From assembly GCA_036172245.1 (NCBI GenBank), contig JAYWIR010000007.1, positions 2,418,001 through 2,482,000 of the forward strand: a stretch of DNA of 64,000 bases. The letters are read 5' to 3'. This document shows positions 53,648 through 64,000 of this stretch, piece after piece. The position numbers were made by a program, and so were the translations under genes. This stretch comes from Raillietiella orientalis. Lineage: Eukaryota. Position 1 is the stretch's first letter; the number at the start of each line of letters is the position of its first letter. A model generated the notes under the pieces. It made no database searches. It was not told where the DNA came from and saw nothing but the letters and a program-made list of their open reading frames with translations.

Positions 53648-56412
53648 TTCCAAGCTTTCAGTGGGGACACAGACTTCACAAAGTGTTCCTTGGAATTTTT
53701 TTTTTTTTTTTTTTTTTTTACATGTCGTGTCATCTGATCAAGTAATGAAGTGAGATGAAAGGATCCATATGAAACAGCTTCCCGCAGTCGCCCTTCTATT
53801 TCGAGGTTCTCACTGCCGATGTGTGTGCGGCATGGTGCCTGCACCCCTGTTTGGAAAATCACGTTTCCCATCTTGTTTGATCGGAAAGGACAGCTTGTTA
53901 TCCGAGAGGAATGTGGCCAGATTCATCGGACGCATTTCCTGATGCCGCTCCTGTGGTCAGATCCCTTTCAGGAGTCTCAAGGCATTCACACAATTACCGC
54001 ATAAATGATAACTGGATTTTCCAGGGAAAAGAGGAGAACAAAATGGAACGAGGAAGCGGAGCATTCGGAGACAGCTTTGATTGCTGTACGAGTGGACAGT
54101 CCTTTTCAGAGAGCTTACAAGGAAACTCGGGATCGAGCTGAGGAGTCTGCTGGTCAATAGTAAAAAAACTGTAACGAAAGGTGCGAAAGACTGTTGGTTT
54201 TTTTGACGGATGAGCTTTTTGGCTTAACGTCATACTTTTTGAATCAATACCTATGACTGGATTGGTTATTTACTGTATATACCGTTTTCATGGTTGGTTA
54301 GATGAATGGTTTATTTATTTTTCCCACGTTGAAAAGAATAAGCCGGAAGAAGATATGGGACCAAACGTTCTTGAAGAGTTGAAGGCATTGGTGGTGGTCG
54401 GTAAATTGCAGATTGCAGCCACACAAAATGAGCAGCCACATCGTTGCCAAGGAATATTCCTTCAGTCGTAAACCATCACGTGGTTTAGGTTGGTAGACTG
54501 GAATCGACGAAGTAGAACTGCCGATTTAGATTGAAATCTAAACTACGCCTACTTTCGAAGTGAATTAGAAGAGAACAAAGCGGCAAAAAGAGTAGGAAGT
54601 AGGAAAACGATGGTTACATTTCACGGGCAGAGCACGTGGTTTCCACTTATTCCACATCATCTTTTTTTTTTTTTTTTTTTCATCTGTTTCATGGGCACAA
54701 ATTTAGATTCATTGGGTTCGAGGCTGCCGTTTTGTAGGTGCACATTCCACGTCAGCTGAAGCGATGATGTGTACAGAGTGTACACTGTTTGGATGGGAAC
54801 GTTGCACTTCTGAATCCGGTTGCTTTTCTTGAATGGGTTTCCAGCAAGCAGTTTCCCACCTCTGTCTCAGAAACGTGTACATCGTACAGTGGACACGTGT
54901 CTCGTACGATTCCGTGCTTTCGATGACTGTTTGAGGGTGTTTTTCCGTTCGCCAACGGGAACACGGGAGGGGAGGGGGGGGGGGAGAAGACTCGCACGAC
55001 GGGAGAGTAACGATCACGGATGGTGGCGGCGGCATTTAGGAATTGATCCCGAGTGCCTTTTTGCACACTTAGATCCCTTCCGTAGGTACTTTCCTGCACA
55101 GTGCGTGCCGGTTTTAGGAGCAGCAGCAAGTGCTCCTCCCCCCGCCCCCCGGCCCCAGCGTGCCGGGCGTGCTGTGACGCGCGTTAATGATCTCCCGCGA
55201 GCGGGCGCCGGGAACGGCATTCCCCAATGGACGTGGACGCGCCGGGTTCGGCCGAGCAGTGCGGTAGCCACGGACCACGCGTGGGGTTTGTTATTTTTTT
55301 TTTTTCTTTGTTTTTTTTGCTCCCGAGGCTGTACAGTGATGTAGTGGGGTGTTACACGCCCCTTGCCCCTCTTTGCCACGGCTTTTCGGATCCGTCTACG
55401 GACGTGGTTCTTGGGATGCAATGCTGCTGGTTGCCGTGGGATCGGGATCGTTGTCGGAGCGACCAAGTTGGGGATAAGGAAATGGGCAAATACATAGTAA
55501 GGGTGGTTTGTAAACTGTACATAATTCTGTTGATTCTGTCGTGCGTAGTTTTTTCCGTGGGATTATGTGAAAGGTAATCTCAAAAGTATCTTTTGTGTGT
55601 GGTGGCGGAATGTGCCAAAAGTTTTCCAAGTCAATCATGCATGAAATGGTCGAAAAATCAAAAAGTGTTTTCTTTCAATTTTATTGCCTTCAGCCCAGGT
55701 CAAACGTAGTTTTAGGGGATGGCATGAGTTAGGTTTTTCCGTTTTTGTCGTGAGTTACAAGTGCCATTCTTGTAAAAGGTTTGTGCACATGTGGAACTCC
55801 AAATTTTCTATTGCAAGCATTACAGCTCTTTACCTACTAATGTTTTACTGATTTTGTGTTGCAAACCAATTAGGATTATTGAGTTAGGTTCATCTTTGTT
55901 CTCATTGAACACTGTCTTGGAAATTTGTTGAATATACACGAAAGTTTTTCTGCTAGTGCCAGTTATTCCCAGTCGTTGTAGATTACAAACATCTTCTGAA
56001 ATAGTAATTATGCCATATTGTTTTGTTACGCATGAGATCCACTTCAATATTTATTTGTTTGTTTATCATTTCTTTGTATTTCTTTTTATTTAATTTTGTT
56101 GTTGAATATTTTTATGCATTCATTTTTGCAAAGTGCATTGCCCAATGAATTGGATGCTTTTTCATTTCAAAGTTAGCCTAGAAAAAAGCAGGTTTGTGCA
56201 CGTTAATTATGAATATTCTCAGGTATGAGAACTTTATGGATTAGCAGCTCAACAAAGATATGCATAAGGAAAATTTAATATGTTTCTAATGAGTTTCATT
56301 CCTGGTCAGTTTGGCTGGAGTGTTTGCCTCACTGAGTAGTTCTCGAAAATACATATAAATTCGTTTGGAACATATTCGTATTCAGTAGCGATACACTTTT
56401 TATGGTGAGAAA

Positions 56413-57408
<996 letters not shown>

Positions 57409-57688
57409 ATTATGTTTAATTTTATAATAGAAAATATTTTTACATTGAAGTTATCCACACTTATCATATCTTTATTAATAGCTTACATCTTGTTATTAAT
57501 AATTGTCTTATTTTTGTTGATCTGTGCCTTCTCATAGACCTGCATATGCTTTCTACCTAAAATATTTAATAAACTTTATGCTTTTATGCTTTTAAAGATC
57601 CAAAAGTTGAGAAAATTGCATTATCTAGTTTGTATGTATTTATTTGGTTATCTTCTAATGCTGCTTGTTCATTTATCTTAACATTTAG

Positions 57689-57759
57689 TCATACCATTAA
57701 AACCACAAGAACCACCTAAAATAGATTCTTCTAATGAAGATGGACGTTGTTACTGCTAG
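57689..57759 (+). CDS. RAB6: Alternative terminal exon of Rab6 (IIPLKPQEPPKIDSSNEDGRCYC*), giving a 209 aa isoform
   Basis: AG acceptor at 57687-57688, same phase as the proximal terminal exon, nearly the same length, ends in CxC then stop, own AATAAA at 57887-57892. Confidence 0.8.
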
Positions 57760-57959
57760 TCATTAAATTGAATTTATAACTAAGGGCTAACGAATTTAAA
57801 TATTTAAGCATTGAGGTATTAAATTAGCAAGTACTAAGCTTTATCAACATTTATGTACCTGTGCTTTTATTAGCTTAAACTGACAGAATAAAGGACAAAA
57901 AATTTGAAGTAGTTGAATTTATGGCAAGGTTATTTAATATATGATCATTGAATGTTCTC

Positions 57960-58330
57960 ACAAATGTTTGTACATTTCATAGAAGTGGTGCTGTAGAAAC
58001 TCGTGGCAGTTTTTGCTGGATTGGTTTTTCCACTAGTTCTTGTATTGAGCTGGAATGCTGGTTTTCAAGTGCCCTTCCGTTTTATTGCCAAAAGATGCAG
58101 AATCTGCATTCTTCCTGGGATTTTATTCCTAAATTCTGTTTGAACTTTGCCTTCCGTACATAACTGTGGGGAATCTTTAACTTTCGATTCTATAGATTTC
58201 GGATGAATGAAGAGTGAAATGAATTCTAGAGTTGTTATATTAAGGCACTTCATAGTGGTTCTTTATGCAGATGACTGGGCAGCAGTACAGTGTTGAAAGA
58301 TTTCAAGCCAATGTATTCCATTAATAAAGT
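57960..58330 (+). mobile_element. Short decayed non-LTR reverse transcriptase fragment
   Basis: VVLYADD at ~58255-58275 in a stop-interrupted frame. Confidence 0.4.
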
Positions 58331-60999
58331 GGTACTGTTTCGAGGTAGTCGTTGATTTTCGCTGAATGTTTGTTTTGACAGATGTGCTGGATCACCTCAT
58401 CCAGCGAACGGATGAAGACATAAATACATTCTTTTAAGAAAACTTAAAAAATTCTTAAGTACATTGAAAATTTTCTGTTAACGTGCACGTCGAACTGGGT
58501 TCCAGAAATCTACTTGCTTATCCACCGTGCTAAATGCACCGAGTTCTACGCGACACCCTCGCACATAGAAATGCCGATTTCTATTGTCCACATGTCAAGA
58601 TTGCTTATAAGAAAGTGTTCCTAACTACAGGTGATTTTCGTGCTGATCTCGAAAAGTTCAGGCAGTGCACAGAATCTCTCTCGGCATCGCGCCGTCGCAA
58701 CTCTGAGGAAACGCACGGATTTGCCCTTCCATTCTGTACACTCGCGAAGAATGGAAGTCTTATGCCCCAAGATCAGCATCGCTGGTTGCTCTGATGATGA
58801 GCAGATAATCCGCTGCAGCCCATGCACCGAAGCGCATCCGGCGTGATCGTGGAAGCAGCATCCATGATCCTGCTTCACGGGTCCATGACAGGATTGCTTG
58901 ATGCTTCTCGTGCAGGCTCGCAGCAACGCACCGACCGGTTAAATTGGCAGCCTTGTAAGCCACCTGTCTCCAGGCATCCGCAGTCTACGAAGAAGATATG
59001 CTTGGCATCAAGGATGTTCCCGTAGGAATGTTTTCTCCTGAGCGAGCGCGGCGTGCGGTCGCTATCCCTCACGCTGGGGTGCCGTCAATCGCTGTAAGAT
59101 ACCTTGCATGGACACAACCTCAGCCTTTTCGATAAAAGGGAAGACAGGGCTGATGTCATACTCCAAACCACACCGGTTGCTCACCTTCCGGCGGTCTGGT
59201 GCTTCCGGCGATAACTAGCACTGCTTCGTTGGAAGATGACTCCTTACGAAGACGTGGCGCTTTTATGCCTTGCAACGTGTGCACGGTCTCTCTGCGGAAT
59301 TAGAGTGCCTTTCGCCTCTGTTTCGGATCCGTTTAGGACTCTCGCAAAGCATCTTTTGGACGATGGAGAGTGATCTGTCGTTCTCAGGTGGATTCTCAAG
59401 CCAGTTCGTTTCGTGGAAACGGGAACACATGCCCCGGATGGCCTCCTCGGCCTATTCAAAGGCGGACGTGGATCCAGCAGCTCAGACCCTTTTCTTTACC
59501 CCAAAAACCGCAAGAAGGAGTTTTCCCATTGCGCAACGCCATTTCTTATATGCCTTTCAGCATTTGTTCAGCCCATGGCTTCATGATTTATTGATTACGT
59601 AAATATGTGAGTTTCATGAATGAATATGTGCTGTTCTAGTTACGACGTGCAGCAACTGCAGAAGGATGCGACGATTTCGGCTGACGGTGGTGCATCCGTG
59701 TTGACGGGAATTCCCACGAAAGAGTGATCAATTAATACGAACTGCGGATTTCATCATCACGAAACCAGAGTGACCAAGCTCATGCGATCTTTGGTGTCTG
59801 GGTGTGATTCGGAAAGAAAGGAAGCTGACAGAATGTTAAATCACGAACACCTGATCGTTCTAGAGCCACTTAAAGCACGTGACTTTGATACGAATCATCA
59901 CTATGTACCTTGCGAATGGAAGTTGTTCTATTTTAATTTACTAGCCACTTCGTGAGTTCCACTACTTAAGCAGCCACCTGAATTCATCAGATTTGAAATT
60001 ATTATTTTGTGCACCAAAGTGCTTTGTTACGTGAGACGCGCTTTCTGATGGGGTCCACTCCCTATGGGTTCTGTGAAAGGCCAAATCTTAACTGAAGGCG
60101 TCCAGAAACAAAAATAAAAAAGGTCAGTCATGCTACAGTTGGTCGTGTGTTGGACAGTGAAATCATGAGAGTGCACCTCAGTGGCATGCACAATTAGGAA
60201 AACACGAAATCACTTCCTAGATCGTAAGCGCGAAGATCGCTTTCTAAACTTTGAAATCGGAAAAAATTGGAAACCCTTTTTCCCTCCAATTCGATACGAC
60301 TTCCAGTGGACCGAAATGCCTCATTATCTCTGTAACATCGGATGGCTTCATCCAGTAATCTTTGTTTCTTGTACTTGAATCGATCAGATGCTGAAGAAAG
60401 CAATATCGAAGGATGCAGCTGCTTTTCTGTTCACCAGTCACTGCGTCAGCAAACTGTCTGCGCGCAGACATCAGTGAAGCATTTCTGAGATCTCTACAAA
60501 CGGGCAAGATTCTCCTGCCAGTGGCCACCACCGCTTATTCAAGTTACCACGAGAAAGGGAGCTCTGCTGGTTTCACAAACGAACTTCCAGCATGTCTCCA
60601 CCTCGCAAATGCATAATTTGGGAAGAAGGATCCCCTTCGAGTCCAGCGGACACCGTTACAAAAAATGAAACAGGACGAGAAACAAAGATCTTCCACACAG
60701 CTTTTAAAAATTAGCGATCGAAAACGTCACGTGACTCGTGTACGATGGATTGAGTTTATACTGAAAACACGCGCAAGCACACACGTGGTTAGCAGCATCA
60801 CGAGTACCACAAATTTTTGGTGTCGATAGACATGGCATTTCCTTCCACGAAATTTCTTTTGAACTTTTTGTTTCTCGACTGTCCCCTGTCCACCTTTCCC
60901 TCCCCAGGAAACAATCCCTTCTCCTTACGCATCTCTGCATGCTCCAGAGATTTTTTTTAAAAATCGGGCTCTCTTCTGAGTAGCGTTTCAGAGGATTAC

Positions 61000-62960
61000 G
61001 GAAAAGCAATCATCTCGCAGTGTGGGAAAGCACTTAGCTAATTTCGCTTACGGAAACTTCTTTCATGGGACACTGGGATCCTGAAAATTACCCTGCCTGA
61101 GATTCCCCATCGGCGCGTAGTGAGACAGGTGTAATCAATCCGGCATACACGAATTGCGATGGGTGCCGCTTGCGTCCTCCCATCCCGAAGCGAATCTTCG
61201 GCGATCCATCTCAGCATGAGCTCGAGGTGTTTGGGCTAAAGCCGGAACATCTCGAGCTCGAACACCTTCGTCTCCTCCACGTTACCCACAACTGGAACGC
61301 AGCATCGCTATCCATAACAATGTACTAATTACTTGATTGATGCACTCGCCTGGGATCAGTGACCACCTTACAGATTTTATTAGACGCCTTCAGAGTCCAC
61401 TGCGTGCCCGAAGGCGATGGTTGTCAATGCCAGTGGCAAATTTCCTTCTCGCTTCATCTTGCGCTTGTTGGCTTAAGTACGCAATTCGTATTATGTGTCA
61501 CGCGCAAGCACGGGACGCCACATTCATTGCATCCGTCGTTGTAGTAACAGCAGGAGTGCCTCTGGGATCTTTGGCATCTCTGAATCACAGCTGGAAGTCG
61601 GACTTCGAACCATTCCCTGTTCCCACAGCAATACCAGTCCGCCAGGCGCCAGCATTTACGTTCCCTGCCCACGCGTCTTCTTTGCAGCAGAGGAAATAAC
61701 GGAACCGTGCTTCTGTTTCATCCGTGGAGCGGCGGACAGTGCATCACGCCACGAGAGCGCGCGCATTCTTCCTCATGCACCAGCAGACAGTAGAAAACTT
61801 TTTGCTACCCTGGGGGAGTGATTTATTCGATTGGTCATGGAGTAAGAGAAGTCAAGGACACCTTCCGTGCCATTCATGCCACCTCCAGCTTTCCATCCTT
61901 AGGTTTGCAGTTTCGCATCTGCGCTCTTCCAAGGCTGCCTGCTTACCGACCGTTTTTTCAGGGTTTCCCAGTTGCCAGATTGGAACCGATCTTTTTGAGC
62001 AGACCTGCAGCGGAGGAAACTCGAGTTTGGTCTAGCAGGGAGCTGCGTTTGCGTGGAGGGCCTCGCGTGCTTCCTTGAGTGGCTGCAACGGCGGCGAGAG
62101 CACAATCGTAGTAGACTCCTAAGCGCACAGTGGTGCCACCCCGGGTGCCAAGCCATCAGCGGTCTTTGCTTGCGCTCTTGGCCGGTTGACCGTCACCGAG
62201 CCTTAGTAGCGGCTGTGGCAGGGCTTGTAGCGGTAAAAGCGCCTTCCATCTCGATTACAGAGCTGAAAACTCACTGGAGGCACACCTCGGAGGCAACGCG
62301 GGGTGACGACCGAACTGGTGGTCCGCGTTGGGTATACGCACTTGACGGAAGAGAAGTTTCCGGATTCTGAAGGCCGCAGACAAGAAGAACGGACTTCTTG
62401 CAGCAACCTCGCCGGACGATCCGTCCATCAGCGCCCCTGCAGATAAATCGCGACGTTTCCCAAACTAAAGAGCGGATCGCGAGGTTGGACCCCTGCCCTC
62501 GACAGAAGATCCGACAAACACTGACCGAGGCTCGTGTTTCCTCGGAAGCCACGGGTCCTGGAGAGAGCGCTTCTGTAGGCGTTCGGCTTTTTTTTGCCAG
62601 CGAGGTTAGCGAGAGGTCAGTTGCAGCAGGATTCCTGGTCGCATTCCTGCATTTTCGCCGGCATTCTTTGCTGCGCGCTGTTCGTTAGAGAACGCAAGGC
62701 GAGACCGAGAGTACCTTCCGCGCACGGCTGCTGCTGCTGTGCCGCTCGCAAGAAGGTGCTCGCAAGCACCTTCTTCTTCCGCGTCTGCAACGGTCGTTGC
62801 GTGCAATCAGGCAAATTCAAACTGGTTGTTTTTTCGTGTTTGCTTCCGCTGCACTGCCGGATGGTCGCATTCCTGCCGGATGGCATCGCTCATTTCTATA
62901 AGTTCTCTGACGGAATCTTCCCTTTCAGTTCTTCCAGGTACTCACAAAAGGCTCTCTTCC
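61000..62960 (-). mobile_element. Degenerate LINE RT region
   Basis: QRPLQTRKKKVLASTF resembles the RPIxL...KILA RT motif; further eroded RT-like remnants follow in order. Confidence 0.45.
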
Positions 62961-64000
62961 GTGCTTTTCGGCCTCATCTACGCATGCAATAATATTCAAT
63001 CATGAAGGGAAGGGGGAAGGGGGGAACAAAAAAACGATATAAACACGGAATGATCCAGATCTTTGTAGAGACCGCGGCTTCATCTCAACGCACGGATGCA
63101 TTCCTGGATCCGTACGAAAGTGCACGGAACGGATACCAGGGAGAACTTAGCACGCAATAGGCAAGGCAGAGTTCGATGTTCTTGGGCGGCCAGGGACGTC
63201 TGATTGAGGCCGCTGCGTTTTTCCGCCTTCTGCCGGGGTGTCTTCGCCGAGGAAGGGAGCGCGCGCCGTTTCCAAGAGGACTCTCGTCGGGTACGCGGGT
63301 TGTGTGGACCCGATGGCGGCCGGCACGCGGCGCCGCCGTTCGCCTTAAGCGGGAGTCCTCGGTTCGCGCTGGACAAGGATTGGGATGGAGAGAGGGAGGG
63401 CGGGGGGGGGGGGTCGGCAGAGAGGGATTCCGGATTCCCGCCACAGTGAATCCGGCAAGCCGCCCTAGGTTCAAAACGACCGAAGCGGAGGCGGGCCTCC
63501 TAGAACGCAGAGTTCCTGCTATAACGGAAGCGCGACGTGCTGCCCGCACGAGAACACGCACAGATGCGCGTCATTCGGCTCTCAGGGTGGCCAGCTTCGA
63601 TTTCCGTTTTTTCCTTTTCCTTTCCCCCCCTCTCGATTCCGAGCTGGCAGACGGCAGCCAAAGCTCCCGTGTGAATGACTGACAAGCAAGCAGTTTTTTC
63701 ATTTTATTTTTTATTTCGTGCAAAAAACACACACAAAAAAAAAAAACACTTTGCAATGAACTCCTTGATCAGCTCCATTCGTCGGCTTGCGAGTTGTGTT
63801 GTTTCAAGACCACACGATAACCGTTTTCTGAGTATCACTGGATGCGAAGTAGAGTCCTGTCGGGCTCCAGGCACACGATATGACCGGAGACCTGGATGGC
63901 AGCGTCCATGCAATCAGTGGCTGCCGCCACAGTGGCCGTGCGAAACTTACAAGTGTTCCTTCAAGACGACTTCCAGCTTCGAATCTCGAGCATTCCATAC

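Overview
Eukaryotic (metazoan, probably arthropod) genomic DNA, not prokaryotic. Most of the six-frame ORFs are noise from GC-rich decayed retroelements. Four intron-containing genes can be built by hand: galactokinase (GALK1-like, +, 8 exons, 16189-22466), a vanin/pantetheinase/biotinidase-family nitrilase (-, at least 5 exons, 30359-38978), mitochondrial ATPase inhibitor IF1 (-, 3 exons, 46773-49928) and Rab6 (+, 7 exons, 56413-57408/57759). Between and inside them lie many degenerate L1/Tx1-like non-LTR retrotransposon copies, a second GC-rich repeat family, a hAT-like MITE, microsatellites and a probable decayed RSF1-like gene. Main observations: (1) the last Rab6 intron looks U12-type and can splice to two alternative terminal exons, each with its own CxC prenylation motif and poly(A) signal; (2) a ~330 bp stop-free fragment of a Wolbachia-like prs gene sits among the retroelements; (3) the LINE family ends in a conserved small hairpin rather than poly(A) and forms a head-to-tail cluster; (4) there is a sharp AT-rich/GC-rich mosaic that cuts through genes. 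All homology calls come from recalled family motifs, not database searches, and repeat boundaries are approximate.
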